Source: an uncultured Actinomycetes bacterium (lineage in GTDB: Bacteria > Actinomycetota > Acidimicrobiia > Acidimicrobiales > CADCTF01). From it: a DNA stretch of 64,000 nt. The translations under genes and the position numbers were made by a program. The DNA lies in NCBI GenBank assembly GCA_963731055.1, contig CAVSUD010000014.1, forward strand, positions 33,575 to 97,574, read 5' to 3'. The notes under the pieces are model-generated. The model did no database searches. It was not told the DNA's origin and saw only the letters and a program-made list of their open reading frames with translations. Below are positions 40,003 to 51,091 of the stretch, piece by piece (position 1 is the first letter of the stretch; every line of letters begins with the position of its first letter).

Positions 40003-41013
40003 TCAGAGCCGGGGAGTGGGCTGTGCCCAGTGCTGCAGGGCCGTCGTCAGTGCCGCGGCGAGCTCGGCGGTGCGCTCGACCACGACCGTCGGCGCACCGA
40101 GCTCGCGACAGGACGGCCGGCATCCGCGTCTCGCGGAGCACGGGCAGCGCCATGCCCCGCACGCCGCCGTCCGTGGCGCCGGCACCACGCCGGGCAGGAC
40201 CGCTCGCACGAGCTCGGCCAGGCGGTGGCCCTCGGGGCCTCGCAGCCGGTGGGGGAGCGGTAGTACGACGACGAGCAACCACGGCCGCCGTCGGCGAGGC
40301 ACAGCCCGACGAAGGCGTCGGCCTCGATGGCGTTGGCCTGGGCCGCCTGGGTCGAACCATCCGGATGTTGCGACCACGACGGCCACCCCGCCGGCGGCGG
40401 AGATCGCGGCCGCGACGGCGTGGCGCCAGCGCGTCGAGCCCGCCGGACTCACCCACGGCGATGGCGCGTCCGGCCAGCGACGGGGGCGATGCCGGTGCCG
40501 TTCGCGTTCGCGCACGGCCGAGATGGACGCACGTCCCCCCGGGGTGCCCCGGTCGCCGCCCACGTCGCCGAGACGGGCGAGGGCGGCGAGGGTGGACGGC
40601 CCGCAGATCGAGTCGGTGATGAGCCCGCCGTTGCGCTGGAAGTCGGTCAGGGCCCGGTCGGTGCGAGGCCCGAAGATCCCGTCGACCCGACCGGCGTCGA
40701 ACCCGAGCAGACCGAGGCGGCGCTGGAGCTCGGCCACGTCGTCGCCCCGCTGCATGGGGGCCGTCAGATACAGCGGCCGGTCACCGAGCCGCCAACCCGC
40801 CTCGACCAGGGCGGCCCAGGTGTCGGGTCCCGCAGACGCCGTCGCGCGCGAAGGCCCCGTTGTTCCTGGAAGGCCCGGACGGCGGCATCGGTGCCGGCGC
40901 CGAACGAGCCGCCGTCATCGCGCACCGATCCCGTAGCCCAACGCGACGAGGCGGCGCTGGACGATCCCGCACCGCCTCGCCTGACCTGACCCGTCGCCGA
41001 GGGGAAGACCGCG
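40003..41013 (-). pseudogene. cwlM: CwlM-like protein (two PG_binding_1 repeats plus amidase_3-like C-domain), heavily frame-interrupted; start not identifiable
   Basis: ORF 40003..40755 carries 'MQRGDDVAELQRRLGLLGFDAGRVDGIFGPRTDRALTDFQRNGGL..CGPSTLAAL'. Upstream, in other frames, lie '[15 protein letters not shown]', '[25 protein letters not shown]' and '[22 protein letters not shown]'. The position after trxA matches mycobacterial cwlM. Confidence 0.65.
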
Positions 41014-41016
41014 TCT

Positions 41017-41344
41017 CTACAGGAATGCGGAGAGCTCCTCGAGCAGCTGGCCCTTGCCCTGTGCGCCGACGACCCGCTTCTGCGACCTCGCCGTCCTTGA
41101 ACAGGATCAGCGTGGGGATGCTCATGACCTGGAACTGCTGCGGCGTGGCCGGCGCGTCGTCGACGTTGAGCTTGCCGATGCGGAGCTTGCCGGCCTGCTC
41201 GGTGGCGATCTCCTCGAGGATGGGGGCGATCATCTTGCACGGCCCGCACCACTCGGCCCAGAAGTCGACGAGCACGGGCCCGTCCGCACCCTTGACCTCT
41301 TCGTCGAAGTTCGTGTCGGTCAGCGTGGTGATGTTGTCGGCCAT
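41017..41344 (-). pseudogene. trxA: thioredoxin, one frame break near 41080
   Basis: ATG at 41344. '[59 protein letters not shown]' is followed, in another frame, by the C-terminus '[20 protein letters not shown]'. WCGPC is the active site. Confidence 0.88.
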
Positions 41345-41438
41345 GACGACCGTGCCTCCTCGAATCGGTGTGCCGGGAGCGTACCCAGCGAGGCGGGTCA
41401 ACGTCCCTCCCGGCGGGACATTCCGGCGCTGGAAGCAC

Positions 41439-42432
<994 letters not shown>

Positions 42433-42439
42433 GATGCTC

Positions 42440-42793
42440 CTACTTCTTGGAGGGGTCGTCGCGGGTGGGGCGACGCTTGCGCCAGAGGAACAACCCCAGC
42501 GCGGTGAAAAGTCCCCCGACGATGGCGTCCACGGCCCAGATCGGCAGGACGTAGTCGAGGAGCCGGATGGCGAGGATCGTGAGGAGGACCAGGGCGGTCG
42601 TGCCCATCACGGCGATCAGGATCCCGTAGACGAGGGCACGGGCGACGGTCTCGAGCGGGACCGCGGTCTTGTCGCGGATGGACCCGACGACCGACTCGAT
42701 GGTGTCGGCGACCTGCACGGTCCAGTCGCGGCTGGTGGAGCCGTCGGTCGCGGCCAGGGGCGCGTCGGGGCGGGGCGCGGCAGGCGTGGCCAT
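42440..42793 (-). CDS. two-TM membrane protein (actinobacterial holin-X-like topology; function unknown)
   Basis: 117-aa ORF. It has an amphipathic N-part, two TMs ('ALVYGILIAVMGTTALVLLTILAI', 'AVDAIVGGLFTALGLFLW') and a basic tail. Confidence 0.55.
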   Translation of the reverse strand: MATPAAPRPDAPLAATDGSTSRDWTVQVADTIESVVGSIRDKTAVPLETVARALVYGILIAVMGTTALVLLTILAIRLLDYVLPIWAVDAIVGGLFTALGLFLWRKRRPTRDDPSKK

Positions 42794-43223
42794 GGACCGA
42801 CACTACCCAGCGCATCGCCCGGTGCCGTTTAGCCTCGGGCCATCGCGCGCTCCCGTGCCGGCGATCGTCCTGGCCCTCCTCGTCGCCGCGCTGGGCGCCG
42901 TGATCCTCGGCGAGTACGAGCTCGTGGGGCTGCGGCCGGTCTTGGCCGGTCTGCTCTTCGGGGTCACGATCGGCGAGGTCGTCGCGTCGGTGGCGCGGGT
43001 CGGGCGGGACGACGTGCACCTGCTCGGCGCGGCCGCGCTGGTGGCCGAGGCCGGTCTCGTGTGGGCGACGTGGATCTCGACGGGCCACGACCTCGGTCGG
43101 GCGTCGACGACGGCGTGGCTGGGCATCGTCGCAGGGGCCGTCGCTGCGCCCGGGTGGCTCAGAACCGCGGGTCGGCGAGCAGGGCACAGCCCGGACGCGA
43201 CAGCACCAGCGCCTGGCGACTGA
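42792..43223 (+). CDS. possible multi-TM membrane protein (hypothetical)
   Basis: ATG at 42792 in the frame of ORF 42669..43223. 'VPAIVLALLVAALGAVILG..LAGLLFGVTIGEVVASV..' gives hydrophobic helices. It overlaps the anti-sigma 3' end by 65 nt, so it is uncertain. Confidence 0.35.
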   Translation: MDRHYPAHRPVPFSLGPSRAPVPAIVLALLVAALGAVILGEYELVGLRPVLAGLLFGVTIGEVVASVARVGRDDVHLLGAAALVAEAGLVWATWISTGHDLGRASTTAWLGIVAGAVAAPGWLRTAGRRAGHSPDATAPAPGD

Positions 43224-44085
43224 TCCCGTTCGCGGGCTCTCGCAGGGCGAAGACCAGCACCTCGGCCGGCGCGCCGGCCCACCGCAACGTGGAGGTCGAC
43301 AGGAGCGGCCCCAGCCGCCCCGCGCCGATGGCCTCGGCCTGCACGCGGCACTGGGCCCGGCCGTCGTCCGCGACCGCAGCCGCCGTGGTCGGGACCGACG
43401 CCACTTCGGGCCCGCCGGCGTCGTCGGCGGCGGTCCCGGCGCTGGCTCCACCCGCGACGGCCCGCCCGGAGGCCGCCGCCGCCGGGGCGGCCGAGGCGAA
43501 CGCCTCCGAGCCGAGCCGAGCGGCGAGCTGCTCGGGGTCGCTCAGGTCGCCGAGGTCGCCGCCCACCACCTCGGGATCGGCCGCCTTCGTCGTGGCGCCG
43601 CCGGCCCCCGCCTCGTCGGACGACGCGGCGTCCGAGCGGAGCGCGGCGACGCTGGCCCGGGAGCTCGGCGATCGGCGCGCGACCTGGATGCCGGCGGCGA
43701 GGCCCGTCAGCACGACGATGGACGCCACCGCGGCCAGCAGCCACGAGGGGGGCGGCGTGCGGAACCGGCCCCGGGTGATCGTCGCCGGCGGGCGGGCCGC
43801 CGCCGTGCGCTCGGCCGCGGCGGGGCGGTCGAACGCCGCCAGTGCCCCGCCCACCAGTGCGTCGAGGCGTTCTGCCGAAAGCCCGGGCACGGCGGCCCCG
43901 GCCAGCGCCGCCCGAGCCATCGCCAGCTCCTCGGAACGGGCGCGGCACCGGGGGCAGGTCTCGGCGTGGGCGGCCGGCGCCGGCGCCGGCGCCGGGGCGG
44001 TGCCGCCCGCGGCGGCGCCGTCCAGCCGCGCCGAGAGGTCCTCGTCGGAGAGGTGGGCGTCGGAGGAGGCGGGGCGGTCGGTCAC
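43159..44085 (-). CDS. ZAS-type anti-sigma factor with TM and Ala/Pro-rich extracytoplasmic region
   Basis: 308-aa ORF. 'HAETCPRCRARSEEL' fits H-x3-C-x2-C. TM 'WLLAAVASIVVLTGLAAGI'. The start overlaps the sigma stop. Confidence 0.7.
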   Translation of the reverse strand: MTDRPASSDAHLSDEDLSARLDGAAAGGTAPAPAPAPAAHAETCPRCRARSEELAMARAALAGAAVPGLSAERLDALVGGALAAFDRPAAAERTAAARPPATITRGRFRTPPPSWLLAAVASIVVLTGLAAGIQVARRSPSSRASVAALRSDAASSDEAGAGGATTKAADPEVVGGDLGDLSDPEQLAARLGSEAFASAAPAAAASGRAVAGGASAGTAADDAGGPEVASVPTTAAAVADDGRAQCRVQAEAIGAGRLGPLLSTSTLRWAGAPAEVLVFALREPANGISRQALVLSRPGCALLADPRF

Positions 44086-44651
44086 GGTCGGGTCCTTGGA
44101 CGATCGGGCGGGGGTGTGGGGTTCCCGTCCGGACGCAGCACGGCGGCGAGGGCGGCCCGCCCTCGGGCGATCCGCGACTTCACCGTTCCCGGCGGCACCT
44201 CCAGGATGTCGGCGATCTCGGCGTAGTCGAGGCCGATGAGGTCCCGGAGGACCACGGCGGCCCGGAACTCGACCGGGAGGGTGGCCAGGGCGGTGTCGAT
44301 GTCGACCCGAAGGCCGACCCCGTCGAGCGTGACCTCGCCGCCCACGGTCCCACCATCGTCATGGGCGACCACGTCGAGGTCGGCGTCCTCCATCGGCTCC
44401 GGCCGCCGCCGCCGCCGGCGCAGCTCGTCGAGGCAGGCGTTGGTGGCGACGCGGTAGGCCCAGGTCGAGAAGGCCGAGCGGGCGTCGAAGCGGGGGAGCC
44501 CCCGGACGACGGCGAGCAGCGCCTCTTGGGTCGCATCGGCGGCGTCGGCGTCGTTCCCGGTGATGCGCCGGCAGACGGCATGGAGGCGATGGGTGTGCCG
44601 GCGCAGCAGGACCTCGAGCGCGTCACGATCGCCGGCCTGGGCCGCCACCAC
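44082..44651 (-). CDS. ECF-type RNA polymerase sigma-70 factor (SigM position)
   Basis: 189-aa ORF. Region 2 reads 'DAADATQEALLAVVRGLPRFDARSAFSTWAYRVATNACLDELRRR'. Region 4 reads 'VVLRDLIGLDYAEIADILEVPPGTVKSRIARGR'. Confidence 0.85.
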   Translation of the reverse strand: MVAAQAGDRDALEVLLRRHTHRLHAVCRRITGNDADAADATQEALLAVVRGLPRFDARSAFSTWAYRVATNACLDELRRRRRRPEPMEDADLDVVAHDDGGTVGGEVTLDGVGLRVDIDTALATLPVEFRAAVVLRDLIGLDYAEIADILEVPPGTVKSRIARGRAALAAVLRPDGNPTPPPDRPRTRP

Positions 44652-44726
44652 CAGCGCGGGGTCGTTGCGATCGTCCTCGATGGCCCCACGGTAGAGAACG
44701 GGCCGGGGAGCGGGCCGGACCCCGGT

Positions 44727-46226
44727 TCAACCCTCGACGGTGATCTCGTCGACCGTGACCCGCTCGTCGGCCCCGAGCCGGGTGAACCACACCAGCACGG
44801 CCCGCCCGCGGCGACCGCCCCCGAGGTCGAAGGTGACCGTCCCCTCGACGTCGGACTCGTCCGCCGCGGCCCCGCCCCAGTCGGCCAGCGCGGCGCCCGC
44901 GGCGTCGGCGACGTACACCTGTCCGCTCCACCCGCTGGTCGGGGAGGAGACCCGCACCCGACGGACGTTGGTGTCGTCGGGAAGCTCGACGACGATGCCG
45001 ACGCCGTCCTTGAGGCCGCCGAACTCGCGCGTGTTGTAGCGGTCGGTGCGCCAGGACGTGGCCGGGTCGCCGTCCCACACCGAGGCGATGGCCTCTTCGT
45101 TCTCGACCGGCGGCTTGCCCTGCGGGTCGAAGCTGCGGGCCGCGGCGAGGGCGATCGGCGCCGGCTCGGCGTCGGCGGCCCGCTCCTTGCCGCCCCCGCC
45201 GAGGAGCTTCGGCCCGACCGCGGACTGGCTGAGCACGATGCCGACCAGGATCAGCGCCACGGCCACGGCCACGATGACGGCGGCCGGCACGAGCCACGAC
45301 CGCTCGGTCTGGCGGAAGGTCGGCGCCACGCCCGACGGAGGGGTCGGGTCGCGCACGACCGAAGGCACCGCGTCGTCGCCGAGGTCGAGGCTCCGCAGGG
45401 CCCCGGCCAGCTCGCCGGCCGTGGCGTAGCGGGCGTCGGGATCCTTGGCCATGGCGCGACAGACGACGGCCTCGAGGCTGCGGGGGATGCCGGCCCGGAG
45501 CTGGCGGGGCGTGAGCGGCTCGGTGTGGACGTGCGCCATCGCCGTCGCCATCTCGGTCGCGGCTGCGAACGGCGGACGCCCCGTCACCAGCTCGTAGAGG
45601 ACGACCCCGAGGGCGTAGACGTCCGATCGGGGGCCCGGCTCGCCTCCCTGCACCTGTTCCGGGGACAGGTACTTGGCCGTGCCGAGCAGCGCGCCGGGTT
45701 GGGTGAGGTCGGCCCCGTCGTGGGCGGCGGCCCGGGCGATGCCGAAGTCGGCCACCTTCACCTGCACCGGGGAGTCGCGCTCGCCGTCGCACACGAGCAC
45801 GTTGGCCGGCTTCACGTCCCGGTGGACGAGCCCGGCCTGGTGGGCGTGCTGCAGGGCTTCGGCCACCTGGAGGCCGATGTCGCGCACGAGCGCTGCGGGC
45901 AGGGCGCCCTGCTCCTCGAGGAGCGCCCGCAGCGTGCGGCCCCGGATGAGCTCCATGACGATGAACGCGATGCCGTCGTCCTCGCCGGTGTCGAACGTGG
46001 CGACCACGTTGCGGTGGGCCAGGCGCGCCGCGGCAATGGCCTCCCGTCGGAATCGCTCCTGGAAGCCCTCGTCCGCGGCCAGGTGGGGGTGGAGCACCTT
46101 CACCGCGATCGGACGGGTCAGCACGTCGTCGACGCCTTCCCACACCTCGGACATGCCGCCGCGGGCGATCGGGGCGACGAGCCGGTAGCGGCCGTGGAGG
46201 AGACGGCCCGGTTCCACGACGCTCAC
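44727..46226 (-). CDS. Ser/Thr protein kinase with TM and extracellular beta-rich domain
   Basis: Intact 499-aa ORF. All catalytic motifs are present: 'IARGGMSEV', 'IAVKVL', 'HRDVKPANVLV', 'ADFGIA' and 'LSPEQ'. TM 'WLVPAAVIVAVAVALILVGIVL'. Confidence 0.9.
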   Translation of the reverse strand: MSVVEPGRLLHGRYRLVAPIARGGMSEVWEGVDDVLTRPIAVKVLHPHLAADEGFQERFRREAIAAARLAHRNVVATFDTGEDDGIAFIVMELIRGRTLRALLEEQGALPAALVRDIGLQVAEALQHAHQAGLVHRDVKPANVLVCDGERDSPVQVKVADFGIARAAAHDGADLTQPGALLGTAKYLSPEQVQGGEPGPRSDVYALGVVLYELVTGRPPFAAATEMATAMAHVHTEPLTPRQLRAGIPRSLEAVVCRAMAKDPDARYATAGELAGALRSLDLGDDAVPSVVRDPTPPSGVAPTFRQTERSWLVPAAVIVAVAVALILVGIVLSQSAVGPKLLGGGGKERAADAEPAPIALAAARSFDPQGKPPVENEEAIASVWDGDPATSWRTDRYNTREFGGLKDGVGIVVELPDDTNVRRVRVSSPTSGWSGQVYVADAAGAALADWGGAAADESDVEGTVTFDLGGGRRGRAVLVWFTRLGADERVTVDEITVEG

Positions 46227-46251
46227 GTGGGACCCCTACCCGTCGCGCCGG

Positions 46252-47100
46252 TTACGGAGACCGGGGAGCCAGCTGGAAGGTGACGCCCATCGTGCGGGGC
46301 CCGCCGTGGGCGCCGATGACCGCGCCGAGGTCGCCGACGACGATCTGCTCGCGGGGGAAGATCGGCGCCAGCAGATCGAGCATCTCCTCGACGTCCGGCG
46401 CGTCGCCGTGCATCACGGCGAGGTTCTCGATGTTCGGGTGCTGCTTCACCTTGTCGGCGAGGTAGCGCAGCGACTTGGACCTCGTCCGCTGCTTGGCCTC
46501 CTGCTCGACCTTGCCGCCGGTGATGTCGATGATCGGCTTGATCGAGAGCATCGATCCGAGCATGGCCTGGGCGCCGCCGATCCGCCCGCCCTTCTTGAGG
46601 TTCTCGAGGGTGTCGAGGGCGGCGTACGTGCGGGTCAGCGGGATGCGCTCCTCGACGGCGGCGACGACCTCGTCGATGGTCTTGCCCGCCTCGGCCACCC
46701 GCGCCGCCGACAGGCACAGGTTGCCGAGGCCCATCGTGAGGGTGCGCGAGTCGATCACCCGCACGGGCACGACGTCGGCGACGGCCTTGGCCGCCAGCTC
46801 GGCCGCCTGGAAGGTGGCCGACAGATCGGCCGACAGGTTGATGCACACGACGCCTTCGGCCCCGTCGGCGGCGGCCGCCCGGAAGGCGGCCTCGAAGGCG
46901 CCCGGGGACGGGGCGGCGGTCTCGGGGAGCAGGGCCGACGACGCGCACCGCGACCAGAACTCCTTGGTCGAGAGGTCCTTGCGGTCGGTGAACTCCTCGC
47001 CCCCGAAGCGGATCGACAGCGGCACGATCGTGATGTGGTGGGCGGCCTCGAGCGCCGGCGGGAGGTCGCAGGCACTGTCGGTGACGATGCGGATGGTCAT
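46252..47100 (-). CDS. DegV-family fatty-acid-binding protein
   Basis: Intact 282-aa ORF. 'MTIRIVTDSACDLP..ITIVPLSIRFG..TAAPSPG' are the DegV signatures. Confidence 0.85.
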   Translation of the reverse strand: MTIRIVTDSACDLPPALEAAHHITIVPLSIRFGGEEFTDRKDLSTKEFWSRCASSALLPETAAPSPGAFEAAFRAAAADGAEGVVCINLSADLSATFQAAELAAKAVADVVPVRVIDSRTLTMGLGNLCLSAARVAEAGKTIDEVVAAVEERIPLTRTYAALDTLENLKKGGRIGGAQAMLGSMLSIKPIIDITGGKVEQEAKQRTRSKSLRYLADKVKQHPNIENLAVMHGDAPDVEEMLDLLAPIFPREQIVVGDLGAVIGAHGGPRTMGVTFQLAPRSP

Positions 47101-47115
47101 GCGGTCGCTTCCTGC

Positions 47116-47469
47116 CTACCGTCGCTCGGCCGTCGCGGAGGCGGTGACGTCATACCAGTCCTTGGTCGCATCGAACTTGTCGAGCAGGAACGAGCGGGCG
47201 TGCTTCTGGACCTTGACCACGACCTCCTGCTTCTCGTTCACGGTGCACTCGAGGATCGTGACGCCCCGCTTCTCGGCCTCGGACCGGCACGTGGCGTCGA
47301 GGGTGGCCTGGGTGAAGCTGTCGCGCAGGCGGAACGAGGCCTCGTCGGCGACGTCGTGGGCGGCGCTGTCGGCCTGGGCCCGGGCGACGAGCGGCGAACC
47401 GCCCTCGACGACCAGAAAGCCGACGAGCGCGATGCCCACGAGCACCTTGATCAGCCAGCCCCCGATCAC
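47116..47469 (-). CDS. small N-terminally anchored hypothetical protein
   Basis: The GTG at 47469 overlaps the murJ stop (GTGA), in the frame of ORF 47116..48126. TM 'GGWLIKVLVGIALVGFLVV' precedes a soluble domain. No motif. Confidence 0.5.
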   Translation of the reverse strand: MIGGWLIKVLVGIALVGFLVVEGGSPLVARAQADSAAHDVADEASFRLRDSFTQATLDATCRSEAEKRGVTILECTVNEKQEVVVKVQKHARSFLLDKFDATKDWYDVTASATAERR

Positions 47470-49106
47470 CCACGCCTCCTGAACGACAACAACGAGCGAA
47501 GCTCGCCGACCCGGAAGATCCGGCCCGCTACCAGGTAGACGGTAACACCGGCGACCGTGGCCACTCCGGCACGCACCGCGGCGCCGAGGCCGGCCGATCC
47601 GAGGCCCGAGGTGGCGGCGCGGACCGCCACGACGGCGGCCGCCATGAGCGCGCTGGCGGCGGCGATGCGGCTCAGGGAACGGACGAGCGCACCACCGTCG
47701 AGGCCCCCGAGGCGCCGGCGGAGCTGGACCAGCGCGGCCGCCGTCCCGCCGGCGTAGGCGAGGGAGAAGGCGAGCCCGAGCCCCTGCACACCGAGCACCG
47801 GGTACAGCGCCAGGGCGGCGGCGATGTTGATCCCGTTCTCGACGAGGTAGAGGAAGAACAGGGTCCGGGTGTCCTGCATCGCCTGGTACGCGGAGGTCAG
47901 GAAGAGCCAGGTGCTGAACACGGGGAGCCCGAGGGCCATCAGTGCCAGGGTTCCCGCGATGCGCCCGGCGCTGGCGCCCCCGAGGGCGCCGTGCTCGAGG
48001 AGCACCGCCACGATCGGTCGGGCCAACAGCACGTACCCGACCGCCGCCGGCACGATCAGCACGGCGATCGTGCGGATGCCGATGCCGAGTTGGCGGCGGA
48101 AGCCGTCGACGTCGCCGGCGGCCCACCGGTCGGCCAGCTCCGGCTGGACGGCGGAGATGATCGACACCGACACGATGCCGTGGGGCAACAGGAAGATCGT
48201 GTAGGTGAGGAAGTAGACGGTGACGTCGCCGGCGCGGCTGTTGGCCAGCAGGTTCACGACGAACAGCGCGACCTGGTTGGCCAGCACGAAGGCCACCGTC
48301 CAGCCCGACAACCGCAGGATCGTCCGGACGGCGGGGTGGTTCGGAGCCCAGACGAAGCGGAGGTGTCGGCGCACCGTGCGCAGCGGGAACTGGGCCAGCG
48401 CCATGGCGGCGACCCCGGCCGTCGTGCCCAGTCCGAGGAGCAGGAGCGCGCCCCGGTCGTGGCCGACGGCGGACAGGTCGCGGGTGCCGACCAGGTGCGG
48501 GTAGGCCAGGAAGACGCCGATCACGAGCAGGTTGTTGAGGACGGGAGCGAACATCGGCGCCGCGAACCGCCGCCGGGCCCGCACCAGCGCCGTGGTCAGG
48601 CTGATCATCCCGTAGAAGAAGACCTGCGGGGCGAAGAGCCGGAGGAGGTCGGTGGCCACCGCGATCTGCTCGCGTCCCACCTCCCGCCCGGCCTTGAGCG
48701 TGTAGAGGCGGATGAACAGCGGCGCCACGACGATGAAGGCGGCGGCCAGCACGGCCGAGGCGATCAGCCCGAGGGTGAAGACGGCCGACACCGCCCGCCA
48801 GCCCTCGGCCTCGCCTCCGTCCTCGTCGCCGCGTCGGAGCTCGCGGACGAAGATCGGGAGCAGCGTGCCCGACAGCACCCCGCCGAGGATCAGCTCGTAG
48901 ATGATGTTCGGGGTGTTGTTGGCGAGCGTGTAGGTGTCGGGCAGGCGCCCCGCGCCGAGGGCGTAGGCGAAGGCGAAGATGCGCCCGAAGCCGGTGATCC
49001 GGGACAGCGCCGTCCCGGCGGCCTGCACGGCCGTGGAGCGGGCCAGGCCCGGGGACGGCGGCTCGGAGGACTCCGGCTCGCCGGTGGGAGAGGTCGTGCC
49101 GGTCAA
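47466..49106 (-). CDS. murJ: lipid II flippase MurJ/MviN
   Basis: Intact 546-aa ORF that is polytopic (about 14 TMs). 'LSRITGFGRIFAFAYALGAG..ANNTPNIIYELILGGVLS' is the typical MurJ N-terminus. Confidence 0.9.
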   Translation of the reverse strand: MTGTTSPTGEPESSEPPSPGLARSTAVQAAGTALSRITGFGRIFAFAYALGAGRLPDTYTLANNTPNIIYELILGGVLSGTLLPIFVRELRRGDEDGGEAEGWRAVSAVFTLGLIASAVLAAAFIVVAPLFIRLYTLKAGREVGREQIAVATDLLRLFAPQVFFYGMISLTTALVRARRRFAAPMFAPVLNNLLVIGVFLAYPHLVGTRDLSAVGHDRGALLLLGLGTTAGVAAMALAQFPLRTVRRHLRFVWAPNHPAVRTILRLSGWTVAFVLANQVALFVVNLLANSRAGDVTVYFLTYTIFLLPHGIVSVSIISAVQPELADRWAAGDVDGFRRQLGIGIRTIAVLIVPAAVGYVLLARPIVAVLLEHGALGGASAGRIAGTLALMALGLPVFSTWLFLTSAYQAMQDTRTLFFLYLVENGINIAAALALYPVLGVQGLGLAFSLAYAGGTAAALVQLRRRLGGLDGGALVRSLSRIAAASALMAAAVVAVRAATSGLGSAGLGAAVRAGVATVAGVTVYLVAGRIFRVGELRSLLSFRRRG

Positions 49107-49110
49107 CGGC

Positions 49111-51091
49111 TCAGCCCGGCCCGGCCGGGACGAGTCGCTTCGAGCGCCGGCCCCGGAGGTGGTTCGCCCACCAGACCACGAGGAACAGGCCGGCGCCGAC
49201 CGACAGCGTGGTGCCGACGCCGCTGATGGCCGTCGAACGGACCGTGAACGTGCTGCTCCGGATCTCCTCGCCGCCCGACGGCGTGACGATGCGGACCTTG
49301 ATCGGGAACGACCCCGACGACTTGGCCCGGACCGCGAACTGCGAGGTGGTGTTCTCCCGCACGAGCGACAGCTCCTGGGAGTCCCCGTCGGGGAAGTCGA
49401 GGGCGTCGCTCTGCACCTCGAGCACCACCCGCACGGGGTAGCCGAGGCGGCTCGTCACCGTGACGGGGATCTCGCCCTCGCGGGCGGTGAGGGTGATCGA
49501 GCGCTTGGTCGGCATGGCGATGCCCCGCAACTGGTTGTCGACCTGCTCGTCCACGCCGTCGAGGTAGGCGGCGCGGTCCCGCACCCGCAGGTCCCCCGAC
49601 TGGGCCGACAGCAACGTCCGGTCGAGGCGGTCGAGCACGGCCTGTCCCTCGGGCGCGCCCGGCTCGACGGCCGAGGCGAAGGCGTCGATGCGGTTGCGGG
49701 AGGCGCGGATCGCGTTGCCGGGCAGCGGGGGCGCGACGGCCGTCCCGGCCGGTGGGTCGCCGATGCGACGGACCAGCGGGACGGCCCGCGTGCCCGTGCC
49801 CGTGGTGGCCGCCGCGACCGCGTCGAACAGGCCGTCGACCGTCACCGGCGCGAGCACGGGGCTGGCGGCCATCCCGGCCAGGAAGGTGTCGAGGAAGGCC
49901 TGCGTCGGCGCCCACGAACGGCTCGGCGCGACGACGACGCCGCGGCGGGCGACGTCGGGCTGATCGTTGTAGAGCACGGCGAGGTCGGCGAGGAGGTGCT
50001 GGGCCCCGAGCACGCCGTCGGCCTCGTCGAAGTGGTTGCTCAACGCCGCGTCGGCCATGGCCGCGGCCACCGGTCCCCGACGGCTCTCCATCCCGAAGGT
50101 GCCGGTGAGCGTGAGGTTCCGGGTGGCCGGCTGCAGCAACGCCTCGGGCACGACGAGCCTGGTCACCTGCTGGGTGGTCTGGAGGTGGGCGAGGGCCTCG
50201 TCGCTGAGCCGTTCGTCCACCGGTCGGGTCGCCGTCGTGGGCTCCACGCCGAATCGGCGCCGCAACACCTCGGTCCCTCGGGTGAGCTGTCCGGCCGATT
50301 CCTCGTCCAGCCCCGCCGCGATCATCGAGGTGAGGTTCGTCGGCACGAACGGCCCGCCGAGGAGCTGGCGCCCATCCGACGACCGCACGAGCGCGGCGAG
50401 GGTGGCGGCGTCCTCGTTGCGCGGGCTCGCCCCCAACGCCTCGATCGTCTCGGGCGTCGGGTTCAGGGTGAGCGGGACGTCGGCGTGGCCGAGGAGGGAG
50501 GTGGCCAGGTCGGCCAGCTGCTCCGCCCGGCCGTCGTCGATGGCCACGCTCCCGTCGGGTCGCACGCCCGGCGGCGCGTGCACCGGCAGCACCGCCGCCA
50601 CCGACAGCGCATCGGTCTCCAGCGCGGCCGGCACCCGCATGAGGTGGGTGACGAACCCGGCCACGGCGGATCCACCGCCGAGGGGACGGAGCTCGACCCG
50701 CAGCGGGTAGACGCCGTCGGCCCGCAGCGTCGGCAACAGCGAGACCACCCGGTCGCCCCGCTCGTCGGTGGGCACGTCGTTCAGCGCGATGACCGTCGGT
50801 TCGGTCACCGCCCGGCCCGTGGTCCGTCCGTCGAGCGTCGCCGCGAAACGCGGTGCGGGTGCCGAGCTTCGCGAACGTCGTGACGACGACCTCGAGGCGC
50901 TCGGGCGCCGCCGTCTCGACCCCGAGGTTCAGGGTGAAGGGCGTCTCCGGGGACCACCACGTGGTCTGGCTCCGCAGGGCCAGCGTCGCGGTGGGCGCAC
51001 CCACCTGGGCCCCGCGGGCGCCCTCGAGGCCGGCTCCTGCGCCGACGAGTGGAAGGAGGACGACGAGGAGGAGGGCGAGCCGCCTACCCAT
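49111..51091 (-). pseudogene. DUF6049-like large secreted/anchored protein (Rv3909 position), one frame break near 50848
   Basis: The signal peptide 'MGRRLALLLVVLLPLVGAGAG' (ATG 51091) is in the frame of ORF 49103..51811. The body is in ORF 49111..50808. C-terminal TM 'LSVGAGLFLVVWWANHL'. It sits immediately upstream of murJ. Confidence 0.6.

Noticed and set aside
43842-46283. 813-aa + strand ORF
   Set aside because: It is antisense to the sigma factor and the intact Ser/Thr kinase. Arg/Gly-rich composition.
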